Source: the human T2T-CHM13v2.0 reference genome, Homo sapiens
DNA length: 64,000 bases
Assembly: GCF_009914755.1 (NCBI RefSeq)
Contig: NC_060935.1
Direction: 5' to 3' (one strand)
Shown: one piece after another, positions 44,331 through 60,750 of the stretch
Layout of the letters: every line of letters starts with the position of its first letter
Position numbering within the stretch: position 1 is the first letter of the stretch
Notes under the pieces: generated by a model
Databases searched by the model: none
Seen by the model: only the letters and a program-made list of their open reading frames with translations
What the model was told of the DNA's origin: nothing
Made by a program: the position numbers and the translations under genes

Positions 44331-47138
44331 TTAGACAAAAAGAAAATAATAAAAAATCTGTGCAAATCATTCATTAAAAGTGTGTATATAGATAACATAT
44401 AGAATCACTATTATATTCATAACTTTTCATTTTCTGCAATTATAACTCAACAGAAAATGTAAAAGAAATGATATGTTAAATGCCTAGATCACCATTTGAA
44501 TGAAGACCCTATAAATTAGTATTTAATTGGTGTGACAAATGTTCATGACTCTTGTTTTGATATAATTTGGATTGATATTAATGTTATTCAAAGGAAATAA
44601 CGTATATCTACAAAAGTTTATATGTTTTCTTTTAAAACACAGTACACAGGAATAGAATAAGATTTTAGCAAACTCAAAATAGTAATTTTTAACTTTTTTC
44701 TGTAAAATGAAATTTTAACAATTATCTTCCTTTAGAAACATGGCTGGTTTAACTGAATAAGCCGGGTTCCAAAGCATATTTAACCAAAATGACGTATTTC
44801 AGGCTGAATTAAATATTAAAAGCCACTCATCTATACACATTCACCACTTGGATACTCAAGAATAATATTGATGTGATAGTAGCAAGGACATTTGTTTTTC
44901 TACTTAGTTACTATAGGGCCCAAAATAAAAGATGTGTTTAATCAGTAATAAAATATTAAATCATCTCTTCAATTTTGATTCATTTATTTTTCTTACTGCT
45001 TTTACTTTTAGATCCATCTCTAAATCTCTCATTTTTTTCCCTATTCCAATGCTATGTTATATTTTACTCCATTTCAAACTAACAGACATTATTGAATATC
45101 TTCCAGTATTATACAATAGTGTTAAAACGGTCTCCCAGGAACCAAGTAATTAATTTCTTAGCTATCATATTTACTACTCAGATTCTACGGCATTAAGTCA
45201 GACTTCTCTGAAGATAAATGCAAATTAATTTTCTCATTGCCTCACAATTTAGAATTCTGACTCTGATATAATCAAATAAGCTCCTATGGAGACACAGATT
45301 TAGTTGTTCAACTTGATTTTCTTTCAACAAAATAGCTTCATAAATACTACAAGCAACCGTTCAGTTCTCGTATTTCAATATCTTGTGGAAAAGTACTCTA
45401 TTACTGAAAATGTGCAGACTTTACAAAATGAAGGAAAAAATGAAAAAATAAAATGATTTTCAATGGGTCAATTTAAGCCCAAAGTGCTTAAGGATACAGA
45501 GCAATTTATTTCAATTACTTCAAGCAGTGAGTAAAGGCACACCTGGTGCTGTCTCCAGGCCAATGCACTCCAGTTAACAGGTGTGAATTAATGTTTGCTA
45601 GCATTGATTTCTCAACGGGAGTCACTGCTTCACTTTTTCTTTTTAGCTTCTTTACTAAATGAGTACAAATTCCTATTTCTATGAAAGTAACGAGCACTTC
45701 TTTCTATATTACAACTTGTTCAATTGAAGTGCACATGTTCTCAGCATCAGCTACTCCCTAAAACCTATACTAATTTTAAAAAGCACTTTGATTATCAAGT
45801 TCTTCTTTTAAGTCAGAATAAGCTACTAAAATTGTATGTAATAATCCTGACCACTCAGTGGCTTTACAAGATCTACCCACCTAACTGCTCAACATTTACC
45901 AGTTGTTTTTTCAGTTTTTATGCCAATAAGAATCAGTTCATTGGGTGGTGATCTGAAATCACCAACTAATCTAACTGACTAAAAATTGGAGCTGTAATCC
46001 CTATCTCCAGGGTGTGGGATTGTGGGAAACTGAGGAATTATTTTTCCTTCATCCTGGCTCAAAAGGACTATAAAGCAAAAGTTCTTCACCTTCCCATGCT
46101 CCTAATTATCCATTGATAAATTGATATTAGATTAGATGCAAGATGCACAATTAACCTTAAGGTTGTGATCTCTTAAAATAAGCACTGACTTAACTTCTTA
46201 CCATAATCTGTCATGCAATGTATTGATGTTAAACATGACATTTTTACACTGAGAGAAGAGTATAGCTTCATGTCTGAAAGCAGGAGAATGACAAGGATGC
46301 CACCTCACCAAAGGTAGATAATCAATTTTTCACTAAATCAGTTCTGCATTATATAATGAAGGAATAAATTGTTCAAACAAACCAAAGCTGCATAGAATGG
46401 AAAAAATGCAGACATTTTAAATTAATAATTCAACACAATATGATATAGAGAGCAATCAATGAAGAATTAATAGGAATATTTTTGACAGTTGCAAAAATTT
46501 TGCTTAATGCTTTAAACCCTATAGACATCACATTTTTAATTTATCAATTTATTCAGCACATATTTTTGAGTATCTCTGATGTTCAAGATGCCATGCTGGT
46601 TACTGTGGAAAGTAAATCTGTGACCCAGTGAACAGCTCAGGCTTGCCATTTTTCTCATGCCTCTTTTTCTAAATTCCCAGTGATTTAAATTCTCTTGGTT
46701 ATTTTCACTTCAAGAACCTGTTTCTACAGCACTGCTACCATCGGTAGTTTTTAACTTCCAAAGAATTCCCTTCTTTTAGCTTCTCATGGATTCAGGTATG
46801 GAATGGAATTTCATACAAGCCATTTGTATGTCCTAGACTTTATGAAAATTTGGCATGATGGAGTTTTATCTCACGGGAAGGCAAACAACTTAACTCTTAG
46901 ACAAATTTGATCATAATCATTCCCTATGTTTTGCAACTCATATTCCTCCCCTCCACACTCTTCCTTCTTCCCTGCCTCTCTCATTAACAGTTCTCCCAAA
47001 TCAGCTCCAAAATTCTCATTTGTTTCTTATACAGTGTCCCTTATATATTTCTATTCAAACCAACCCAGGCTCTCAGAGTCTCATTTTTCACAATTTATAG
47101 CTTTACATGACCTCATAAAATTCTTTTGTATTCCTTTA

Positions 47139-48682
47139 AGAAAAAAACACTTTTAAGTTCAAGGGTATCTGTGCACGTGTGCTATATAGGTAAACTTGTG
47201 TCTTGGGAGTTTGATGCACAGATTGTTTCGTCACCCCGGGTTTAAGCCTAGTACCCATTAGTTATTTCTCCTGATCCTCTCCCTCCTCCCACCCTCCACC
47301 CTCCAACCTTCACCCTCCAAGAGGCCCCCGTGTGTTTTGTTTTCCTTTATGTGTCCATGTATTCTCATTGTTTAGCTCCCACTTATAACTAAGACTATGT
47401 GGTATTTGTTCTCCTGTTTCTGTGTTAGTTTGCTGAGGATAATGGCCACCAGCTCCATTCATGTACCTGCAAGACATTATCCCATTGGTTTTTATGGCTG
47501 CAGAGTATTTCATGTAGTATATGTACCACATTTTCTTTATCTAGTGTATCACTGATGGACACTGAGGTTGATTCCATGTCTGCTATTGTGAATAGTGCTG
47601 CAATGAGCACAAGTGTGCATGTGACTTTATAATATAATGATTTATATCCCTTTGGATATATGCCCAGTAATGAGATTGCTGGGTTGAATGGTATTTCTGG
47701 TTCCAAATCTTTGAGGAATCACCACACTATCTTCCACGTGATTGAACTAACTTACACTCCCACCAACAGTGTATAAGCATTCCTTTTTCTCCACAACCTC
47801 GCCAGCATCTGTTATTTTTTGACTTTTTACTAATAGCCATTCTGACTGGTGTGAGATGATATCTCATTGTGATTTTGATTTGTGTTTCTCTAATAATCAG
47901 TGATGTTTAGCTTTTTTTCATATGACTGTTGGCCACATGTATGTCTTCTTTTGGAAAGTATCTTCTCAGGTCCTTTGCCCATTTTTAATGGCATTGTTTT
48001 TTTCTTGTTAATTTATTTAAGTTCCTTATAGATGCTGGATGTTAGACCTTTGTCAGATACTTAGAAAACTGCAGTCTCAGCCCAAAAACTCCTTAAACTT
48101 ATAAACAACTTAAGCCAAGTCTCAGGATACAAAATCATTGCACAAAAATCATTAGTATTCCAATATGCCAACAAGAGGCAAGCCAAGAGTTAAATCAGGA
48201 ATGTAATCCCATTCATAATTGCCTTAAAAATGATAAAATATATAGGAATACAGCTCTCCAGAGAGTGAAAGATCTCTATAAGAAGTACAAAACACTGCTC
48301 TAAGAAATCAGAGATAACACAAACAAATGGAAAAACATTCCATGCTCATGGATAGGAAGAATCAATATCATAAAAATGGCTACAATGGCCAAAGCACTTT
48401 AAATATTTAATGCAATTCCTATTAAACTACCATTTAGAGTCTTCACAGAACTACAAAAAAAACTATTTTAAAATTCATATGGAACAAAAAAGCAGACCGA
48501 ATAGCCAAGGAAATCCCAAGCAAAAAAGCAAAGCTGAAGGCATCATGCCACTTGACTTCAAACTATACTACAGGGATACAATAACCAAAACAGCATGGCA
48601 CTAGTACAAAAACAGACACATAGACCAATGAAACAGAATAGAGAACCCAGAAATAAGGCGGCACACCTACAATCATGTGATT
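47139..48682 (-). mobile_element. L1PA11-15-like insertion with 5' inversion
   Basis: 47139-48058 is antisense 3' end; 48059-48682 is sense ORF2; TSD TTCTYTTGTAYTCCTTTA at 47121-47138 and 48683-48700. Confidence 0.9.
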
Positions 48683-48853
48683 TTCTCTTGTACTCCTTTA
48701 CATTCTATCCCCACCACAAATTTCTGGACCCAGACGACCACTGATATGCTTTTCTAGTCTGTAGACTAGAATTCAAATTGAGTTTCATGTAAATAGAGTA
48801 ACATATTATGTCAACTTTTGTTCCTGGCTTCTTTTGCTCAAACAGTGTTTTTT

Positions 48854-51534
48854 TAAAATTATTATTATACTTTAACTTCTGGGATACATGTGCAGAACAT
48901 GCAGGTTTCTTACATAGGTATACACGTCCCATGGTGGTTTGCTGCACCCACCAACCTGTCATCTACATTAGGTATTTCTCTTAATGCTATCCCTCCCCTA
49001 GCCCCTGATCCCTGACAGGACCTGTTGTGTGATGTTCCCCTCCCTGTGTCCATGTGTTCTCATTGTTCAACTCCCACTTACGAGTGAGAACATGTGGTGT
49101 TTGGTTTTCTATTCCTATGTTAGTTTGCTGAGAATGATGGTTTCCAGCTTCATCCATGTCCCTGCAAAGGACATGAATTCAACATTTTTTATGGCTGCAT
49201 AGTATTCCATGGTGTATCTGTGCCACATTTTCTTAATCCAGTCTATCATTGATGGCCATTTGAGTTGGTTCCAAGTCTTTGCTATTGTGCATAGTGCTGC
49301 AATAAACATACGTGTGTATATATCTTTATAGTAGAATGATTTAAAATCCTTTGGGTATATTCCTAGTAATGGGATTGCTGAGTCAAATGGTATTTCTCAT
49401 TCTAGATCCTTGAGGATCTAGAACTGTCTTCCACAATGGTTGAACTAATTTATACTCCCACCAACAGTGAAAAAGCATTCCTATTTCTCCACATCCTCTC
49501 TAGCATCTGTTGTTTCCTGACTTTTTAATAATCACCATTCTAACTGGCATGAGATGGTATCTTGTTGTGGTTTTGATTTGCATTGCTCTAATGACCAGTG
49601 ATGATGAGCTTTTCTTCACATGTTTTTTGGCTACATAAATGTCTTATTTTAGAAGTATCTGTTCATATCCTTCACCCACTTTTTGATGGGGTTGTTTTTT
49701 TCTTGAGAATTTTTTAAGTTCCTTGTAGATTCTGTATATTAGCACTCTGTCAGATGGATAGATTTCAAAAATTTTCTCCCATTCTGTAGGTTGCCTGTTC
49801 ACTCTGATGATAGTTTCTTTTGCTATGCAGAAGCTCTTTAGTTTAATTAGGTCCCATTGATCGATTTTGGCTTTTGTTGCCATTGCCTTTGGTGTTTTAG
49901 TCATGAAGTCTTTGCTCATGCCTATGTCCTGCATGGTATTGCCTAGGTTTTCTTCTAGGGTTTTTATGGTTTTAGGTCTTAGTTTAAGTCTTTAATTCAT
50001 CTTGAGTTAATTTTTGTATAAGGTGTAAGGAAGGGGTCCAGTTTCAGCTTTCTGCATATGGCTAGCTAGTTTTCCCACCATTTATTAGGTAGGGAATCCT
50101 TTCCCTATTGCTTGTTTTTTTCAGGTTTGTCAAAGATCAGATGGCTGTAGATGTATAGTATTACTTCTGAAGTCTCTGTTCTGTTCTATTGGTCTATATA
50201 TCTGTTTTTGTACCAGTACCATGCTGTTTTGGTTACTGTAGGCTTGTAGTATAGTTTGAATTCAGGTAGCGGGATGCCTCCAGCTTTGTTCTGTTTGCTT
50301 AGGATTGTCTTGGCTATATGGGCTTTTTTTCTGGTTCCATATGAAATTTAAAGTAGTTTTTTTCTAATTCTGTGAAGAAAGTCAGTGGTAGCTTGATGAG
50401 GATAGCATTGAATCTATAAATCCCTTTGGGCAATATGGCCATTTTCAAGATATTGAGTTTTCCTATCCATGCCAATAACAAGTTCTGCAATTGCGGCAGT
50501 AATTAATAGCCTACCAATCAAAAAAAAAAAAAAATCCCAGGACCAGACTGATTCACAGCCAAATTCTGCCAGAGATACGAAGAAGAGCTGGTACCATTCC
50601 TTCTGAAACTATTGCAAACAATAGAAAAAAGAGGGAATCCTCCCTAACTCATTTTATGATGTCAGCATCATCCTCATACCAAAACCTGGCAGAGACACAA
50701 CGACAACAAAAAATTTCAGGCCAATATCCCTGATGAACATCAATGTGAAAACCCTCAATAAAATACTGGCAAACCGAATCCAGCAGCACATCAAAAAGCT
50801 TATCCACCACGATCAAGTTGGCTCCATCCCTGGGATGCAAGGCTGGTTCAACATACGCAAATCAAGAAACATAATCCATTACATAAACAGGACCAATGAA
50901 AAAAACCACACGATTATCTCAATAGTTGCAGAAAAGTCCTTTGATAAAATTCAACACCACTTCATGCAAAAAACTCTCAATAAACTAGGTATTGATGGAA
51001 CATATCTTAAAATATAGGAAGAGCTATTTATGACAAACCCACAGCCAATATCTTACTGAATGGGCCAAAGCTGGAAGCATTCCCTTTGAAAACCAGCACA
51101 AGGCAGGGATGCACTCTCTCACCACTCCTATTCAACATAGTATTGGGAGTTCTGGCCAGGGCAATCAGGCAAGAGAAAGAAATGAAGGATATTCAAATAG
51201 GAAGAGAGAAAGTCAAATTATCTCTGTTTGCAGATGACATGGTTGTATATTTAGAAAACCCCATCGTCTCAGCCCGAAATCTCCTTAAGCTGATAAACAA
51301 TTTCAGCAAAGTCTCAGGATACAAAATCAATGTGCAAAATCACAAGCATTGCTATACACCAATTATAGACAAACAGAGAGCCAAATCATGAGTGAATTCC
51401 AATTCACAATTTCTACAAAAAGAATAACATACCAAGGATTACAACTTACAAGGGATGTGAAGGACCTCTTTAAGAAGAACTAGAATCCACTGCTCAAGGA
51501 AATAAGAGATAACACAAACAAATGGAAAAACATT
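48854..51534 (-). mobile_element. L1PA7-like insertion with 5' inversion
   Basis: 48854-50471 antisense; 50472-51534 sense RT region (LSLFADDM); TSD AAAYAGTGTTTTTT at 48840-48853 and 51536-51549. Confidence 0.93.
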
Positions 51535-52910
51535 TAAATAGTGTTTTTTATATTCATTCATTGTGTTACATATATAGTAATTCATTCTTTTATTGGAGGC
51601 GTATGTTATGGATATACTATAATTTGTTCAAAAATTCATTCATCTGTTGTTGAACATTTAGGATATTTCTAGTTATTGGCTATTATGAATAAAGTTTCTA
51701 CAAGTAGGCCCATCTTCCCATGCACATAAGTTGTCATTCCTGTTAGATAATAGCATGGAAATGAAATGGATAGGCTGTGTGGTCAGTGTATGTTTACATG
51801 TATAATAAACTGTCAAAGATTTTTCCAAATGGGTTGTGCACTTTTACCTTCGCAGCAGTGACGTACGAGAGTGTTGGTTCTTTTGCATCCTATTACCGTG
51901 TAGTATTATCAGTCTTTACTATGTTATTTTAGCCACTAAACATGTAGTAGTATCTCATAATTTTAATTTGGATTTCTCAAATGACTAATGATATTGAATA
52001 TCTTTTGCATGACCTGACTCTTCATATTTTATCTTCTTTTGTAAAGTGTCTGCCTGAATTTTTACCAATATTTTAATTGGAGTCTTTGTCATCTTCCAGT
52101 CAATATGTACTACAAATACTTTCTGTATTGGGGCTTGGCTTTTCCTTTTCATAAAGGTGTCTTCAAACAGAAATAAAGTTAGGATAAAAGTCTCTTTCGC
52201 CTTTTTTTTTAACTTATGGTTTCTACGTTTGATGTGCTATCTATAAAAATGTTTCCTATCTCAAGGTCAAAAGATTTTTGTCTATATGTTGTCTGGAAGT
52301 TTCATAGTTTCAGCTTGTACATTAGGTCTAGGATGTATTTCAGTTTGGTTTTTGGGTATATGATGTGAAACAAGATTTGAGGCTTATTTTCTTCATATTA
52401 ATAATTAGTTTAGCAGAATTTGTTTTAAAAAAAGTGTTCATTCACTATTGAAATACGTTGGCATCTTTAAAAAATCAGTTGACCCTGTAACTGTGATTAG
52501 TATAGGCCTCTGTATTGCATTGCACTGATATTTATGCCTGTTCTTTTGCTAATATCACACTGTCTTGATTAGTAAATCTTAAAATATGTTAGTGTATCTT
52601 CCCTAACTTTGTTTGACTTAGTCAAAATTATTTGGCCATTCCATGTTCTTTGCATGTTTATATACATTTTACAATCAGCTTATCAGTTTTTATGACAACA
52701 TGGCTGGTATCTTGATTGTAATTGAGTTCAATCTATGAATTGTTATGTGGAAAATTGACATGTTAATGGTACTGAGCCTTCCAATCCGTGAATATAATAC
52801 AGCTCTCAATTTACTTGTCTTTAATCATTTCTCTTGGTCATGTTTTATAGTTTTAATGTGCATGTCTTGATTTTTGTCAAATTTATTTTTGTCAAATGTT
52901 CACCTATTGA

Positions 52911-53265
<355 letters not shown>

Positions 53266-53529
53266 TGAAGTACATTGAGTTTTTAAGGTTAAAATGAACT
53301 TGCATTATTGGAAAAGACAGTATTTGTTCATGGTGCATTCTTGTCATATATAGTTGAAAATGATCATCTTACATTTAAAAAAATTGTTGTGTTTGTGTTC
53401 ATTATTCAATGGAAGATATTGATCTGTAGTTTTCTTATAATGTCTTTGTTTTGGTATCAGAGTAATGCTTGCATCACAGAATGATTCAGAAAGCATTCTC
53501 AGTAAATATTTAACATCTATAGATATTTA

Positions 53530-54011
53530 TACTGTCCTGAAAGCAAAGTGAGGTTTCCGGATAAGGACCAATCTATTATTTACAACAGATAATTGGGGCT
53601 GCATGTACAGAAAAGGAATATTTGCACTACAAGAGAAGAGCTCATAAATTATGAATCTGAGAATTTATATAGACTACAAACAGCCCAGTTACCACCTGTG
53701 TCTCCTAAGACACAAGACAAACCTAGAGAAAGTAGAGAAAATGAATCTTCATAATGTAAACAAATCTCTGAGAAATGAATAAGAAGGAGGTCCCAAGTTT
53801 ACCGCTCTCTGTAATGTAAACAAATAACCCAGTGCCTCTTTCCTCTCTGAAATGTAAATCTTTTCTGTGGGTTTAATACTTTCAAAATGTGAAGAACTAA
53901 TATGTCTGGGGAACAAAAGTAGGTATTCTCAGTCTTTGTACATTGTCAAATTCTGTTGCTCAGAAGGCTGGGACCCTTCACTAAGAAATACTGAAAGGAT
54001 TAGCTTCCACA
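53530..54011. mobile_element. Unidentified LTR-like insert in the L1M
   Basis: Non-L1 sequence interrupting colinear L1M, TG...CA ends; family not recognised. Confidence 0.4.
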
Positions 54012-54179
54012 TTTCTTTTCCTATGTTTTCTGAAAGGATTTAGGTAGGATTGACATTATTTCTTCCTTAAACATTGGGTATAATTCACCACCAGTAAAGC
54101 CATTAAGACCTGATGTTCCTTTGTGGAACATTTTCAATTAAAAATTTAATTTTAGCTTATCAGTTGTATAATTTCGTCT

Positions 54180-55350
<1,171 letters not shown>

Positions 55351-55357
55351 CAAACAG

Positions 55358-56031
55358 CTCCAGACCGGAAACAGTTCAGAACTCCACCAAAGAGACACAA
55401 TGAGAAAGCTTATATAAAGTGAATGTGAAAGCAAGGCAAAGAAAATATTTTTTTGGTTAAAGTAGCTTTAAAAATTTTAAGCAAATTAAATTTAGCAGAG
55501 TTTATTTGAACAAAGAACAGTTCATGAATCAGACAGCACTCAGAACCAGAAGAGGTTCAGAGAGCTCTGCTGTAGCAGCATGAGCAGCAGGGTCTGATAG
55601 GCTGAACACAGAAGCAAAGTAAAGAAATTACTTGACTAGCTACAGCGAGGCATTTTCCTTATTTGGGTATGATCTAATGAAAAGTTCCTAGTTATATAAC
55701 TAAAGGCCAGTTGACTGTGGTTGGTTAAGCTTCAGTTTCCTTTTACTGTTTACATCGAATTGAGTTTTTCTTTGCTTGTGGTGGAACCCACGGCACAGGA
55801 GCTGTCTTAGCCTAATGGCCTGCCACTTAATTATTGAAACACTTTATTTGAATGATCCTAGTAAAAAGTTCCTAGTTAGAGGTTGGTTGGCAGTTTCTGA
55901 TGGGTTAAGATGAAGTTTTGCTTACCTAGAATGTGACTGTTTATACCGAGTTGGATCTCAGTTTGCTTATGCAGGAAACCAGGGCACTGGAGCTGCCTCT
56001 GTTTAATGGCCTCCCAATTAATTATTTCAAC
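55358..56031 (-). mobile_element. Two nested related ERV1 LTRs (MER93/MER57F-like)
   Basis: Terminal motif TAATGGCCT..CA.TTAATTATT..AAC occurs twice (ending about 55841 and 56031). Confidence 0.6.
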
Positions 56032-56322
56032 CGGCTGCCTCCTTTCACTTCACCCTTAGTCTGTGGGTGCCACCCTTCTGGTTCTAACCAATAATGTTCT
56101 CCAATACCCACTACACTTGATATGCCATGGACTCTAATTCCTGTCCTGAGCTCAAGGCTGTCAGTCTCTCAGAGTTTCAGGCAGTCCTTCTAGAAAAGGC
56201 AAAACTCATAGTTAGTTTACTTCTCTGAGCTTATTTTTTTCCTCAGATACTGGCCAAATAATTGTGCACCACATTATTGGCATTTTGCTGCCTTCCTACT
56301 GATGATTTAAAAATTTTTCCCC

Positions 56323-56665
<343 letters not shown>

Positions 56666-56779
56666 TCAGAGTTTAATACAAAGTGTCTAGCCCATTGTTA
56701 CTGGAAATTGACATTTCATCTACTTGAATTCACATTATCTTTGTGTGTTATATGTCTTCCTAAGTGGTCTTATATCTTT

Positions 56780-57015
56780 TTCTTCCAGGTGGGTATAAGT
56801 AAATTAACAAGCGTGAGCTCCGAATCCAGATTGCTGTGCTGTTGTCTTGGTTGTGCTACACTACAACTAGCTATATGACATTGCCCAAGCTGCTTAAATC
56901 TCTATGCCCCATTTTCTTCATGAGGTTGTTTAGAGAATTAAATAAATTAATACCAATTAAGCCCTGAGATTATTGCCTAGGACATTTTAAGTGCATGAAA
57001 ATCATTAGGCCTTAT
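56780..57015 (+). mobile_element. MIR
   Basis: CTAGCTATATGACATTGCCCAAGCTGCTTAAATCTCTATGCCCC core. Confidence 0.65.
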
Positions 57016-59271
57016 TGTTCAGTACAACTTTATATTAAATTCAGCCTAACTTAAAGTAAAATCAATAGATGAGTTCCACGTAGTGTTCAAGGAAGCTCAT
57101 TTTACTATCATTATTTGAAATAGCCTAGAGAAGAGTTAATTTTTAGGTTTTTACTAATTTATTTGTTAACTCTAACTATGCATCACCAAGAATTTCTAGA
57201 TGCTAATGTTGTATATTATGCATTCTTAAAATTTCTCCAGGGAACTGAATGTATTACAAATAAGTTTTTTCATTTGTTCCAACTAACTCTGCTCCCATGG
57301 CTTGTAATATCTTGGTTGCAGGTGTCTATATCTTCTAGCGCCCCTTCTTGAATAGTAAATGCTGAAGGTCAAAGCAAACCTTCATGATACAGAGTTTCTT
57401 TATGTGCCTGCTTTCTGCCATAGTAATTTATCAGGAAAAAATAATAATAAACCAACCACAACCTGTGTATTTTCTCCATTTTTCTTCTTCCATGTAGACA
57501 ATGCATATCTCAGATTTGAGTTGAAACTCCTAATTCCTATCTGTAATGAGAAAAACTCCTATGCTTTTTTCTACCAACAATCACAAATAGGAGAATCAAA
57601 GATGACTGTTTAAGACAATAGACATAACAGGACATGTCTCAAAATGTAGCAAATGGATCATAAAAACAGGAAAGATTAATGTCATTTTTCTTTCTTTTTT
57701 TTTCTAATAGATACTATGTAGACCAACACAATGGACATATGTTGTTTATATGTTCCTTTTAGCAAATTTAATTAAGAGACTGAATTTTATTTAATAGTTT
57801 TATATTGAAAAAACTTCTTCCAAGGCAGCAAAAATTTTCACTCAGGAAGAGCCCATTTGCAAACTTCTAAATATCTTTAAATGATGAACGTTTCCTGAAA
57901 TAAAGATAAAACCTGGTATGAATCCTATGTGCATTCCCAGGTCATCTGAACAAAAAATCCCTGGGCTTTGTTTTAAATTCTGTACAAAATATATCTCTTC
58001 AGAAAGGCTGTCCTGAATGATTATGGATGGAAAATATTTTTGCAGTCATGTCGAAGATTAAAAGCATATATGAAATTACAAAGATGAGAATGATCTGACA
58101 TTTTCTTCAGGATATAACATCTTCCAAATAATTTTTTTATTACTGACCTGAGTTTGCGATAGCATGCATGTGCAGTAGCAATATTGAAAAATGCCAGTCA
58201 GAGCAATAGGTGCTACTCAAGTAATTTCAACTTTATATTTCTTCAAATTAAGAGAAAATATTTTATTTTTTCTGAAATTGGCATTCATGAGATATCACTA
58301 GTGAAAAAGTACTCTATTTTGCCCCTAAAAATCCTTTTTTGTTGTTGAAAAAGTTCCAAATTCTGGGAGCGATTATTTAGGAGCTACTTGTTTTTACATC
58401 TGAAATGTGTGACAATTTATTGTACCAATCAGTGTCCTTCCAGTTGCATATGACAGATATATAACTAGGGAAAAAGACATAGTGTTTTTGTTTTGTTTTT
58501 TGCCCACTCCAGAAAGATGCAGGAAAATTATAGCTTTAGCCAGGTCTGGGATATGAATGGGAAGAGGGTGGGAAAAAACTCCAAGATACTCTCCTTCAAT
58601 TTCTTATCTTCTGCTCTCTCTTGAAACATTCCTTTTTTTTCCCCCTCTGTATAATGGCATCCACGTATGGCAAGTGGGAGTTCCAGACTCACATCTATTA
58701 ATTTTTCCCTTCAGCAGACACTGACAACAACTTTCCTTGCTCTCACAGTCAAAAACCTAAGGTAAATGCTGCTTGATTCAGCTTGTTTCAGGAACCTAGC
58801 CTTACGCAATCACAGTTTCCTGGATGGGATGGCATCACTCCCCCTTGCCAGGTCATCTTAGGAAGAAGACATTTGTTATCATTCAACAGAAGAGTCGTCC
58901 ATTGTGACTAAGGGATTTTCTGGTTCTTCACTTATTTAAATTAACAGTATTAAATGGGCATCTATTTCTTTTTGTTACCTACCTCTTGTATATTTTTACA
59001 TGTTTTCATGATCTCAGTTTTAAAAAAGTGTTTAAGAGCTATGCAGATATTTGGCTATTTTGCTTTTCAAGGGACAATGTGGTGATCTATCTTTAATTGG
59101 GCAGCAGAAACTTGGGAAATACTAATGATAAAGCAGCAGGATGGCAGCTGTGAACTTGAATCTCACATCTTAAACTCCAGCATGGGAAGCTGCCTGTCTC
59201 TTAGAGTTAGCTGTGTATGGCTATGCTTTCCTCTCTCAGAGGAACTATCTAGATTTGCTTGTTGCTTCAGG

Positions 59272-59408
59272 CAGTGTTCTGAAACTTTTTAGATTATAAA
59301 TAACAACTGGAAAGTTTGTTAAAAATATAGGTTCACTGGCCGTACCTCACGTCCACTGAAAAAAACAATCTATATTCTTATAATCAGACAAGTCAAGGGA
59401 ACACTGCA
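59272..59408. mobile_element. MER5-like MITE
   Basis: Terminal inverted repeats CAGTGTTC...GAACACTG. Confidence 0.6.
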
Positions 59409-60453
59409 GACGAAATATAGGATGTGTTAGGGGAGCTAGTGGATTACCTTGTCATTTTAACCCTTAGTGGGGGAAAACTGGTAAATGCAGAGCCCAGAGG
59501 GATTATACTGAACTAAAGGAAATGATTTCCTTTCTATGTGTTTAGCTATTTATTCCCTTATCTAAAGCTTTTTTTTCAATCAACATTATTTTTAGTTTTT
59601 AAATTTTTTCATCAGTAGTCTTGTTAATAAAAAAATATATTCTCTGTATCAATGGAAATGTTAAGTGTACTAAAATAAATGTGATAAATATTATAGGGTA
59701 GGTTTTGTTTACATATTTCTTTACGTGTAGTAACTTATTTAATCTTTACCAAAACCCTGTAAGATTATTGGTATCAGTATCTTCTGCTTTTAACATACGA
59801 GAAGGATGGAAGTTCAGAAGAATTATGTTATTGCTTAGGTTGACAACAGACCAGGTCCAAGCACAGAGCTCCCTCATCCACTGCCTACATCCCCAACTAC
59901 CACCACAACAATTGACACAGTGCTTCCTTCTGCTGGCCCAATAGAAGCAGCTGTGCTGGCAAATTCCATCCAATGTATCCTTTCATATATGTTATGTGAT
60001 AATATATTATAAGGTTGTTGACGAGATGAAATGTGAGATCAGATTTCATAGAACTTTTAAGAGTTTGAAACTATAAGCAAATTAGGTGGTATGATGATAT
60101 GTTTCAGGGATATAGAAACCTATCTTTGCACACAGTTTATCATATCTCTATTTCTATTCATTTTATTTTAAATAGACTAAAAGACCATGACTTGTTTTGA
60201 AATTATAAGGTCATAAACAAATTAATATATAATAAAGTTCACTGAGATATGTGTATATACCTGAAAGAACCAGAAGACCAAGGTAACTAGGATTCAAATC
60301 TTGCTCTTCCAATAGCTTCTTACACAAATCTGAGCCACTAACTTTACCTTTTGGGCTCACTTCTATTTATGGAAAAAAACATTGACTAGCTTAATAGTTC
60401 ATACACTTTTTATATTAAAGACAATTTTTATTAATTTTTTTCCATCTATATGA

Positions 60454-60750
<297 letters not shown>

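Noticed and set aside
50733-51391. RT-like ORFs with FADD motif as a novel reverse transcriptase system
   Set aside because: Ordinary L1 ORF2 in the inverted part of an L1PA7-like copy, broken by stops and frameshifts.
57335-57352. Second CTCF-like motif on the minus strand
   Set aside because: Several mismatches at key core positions.
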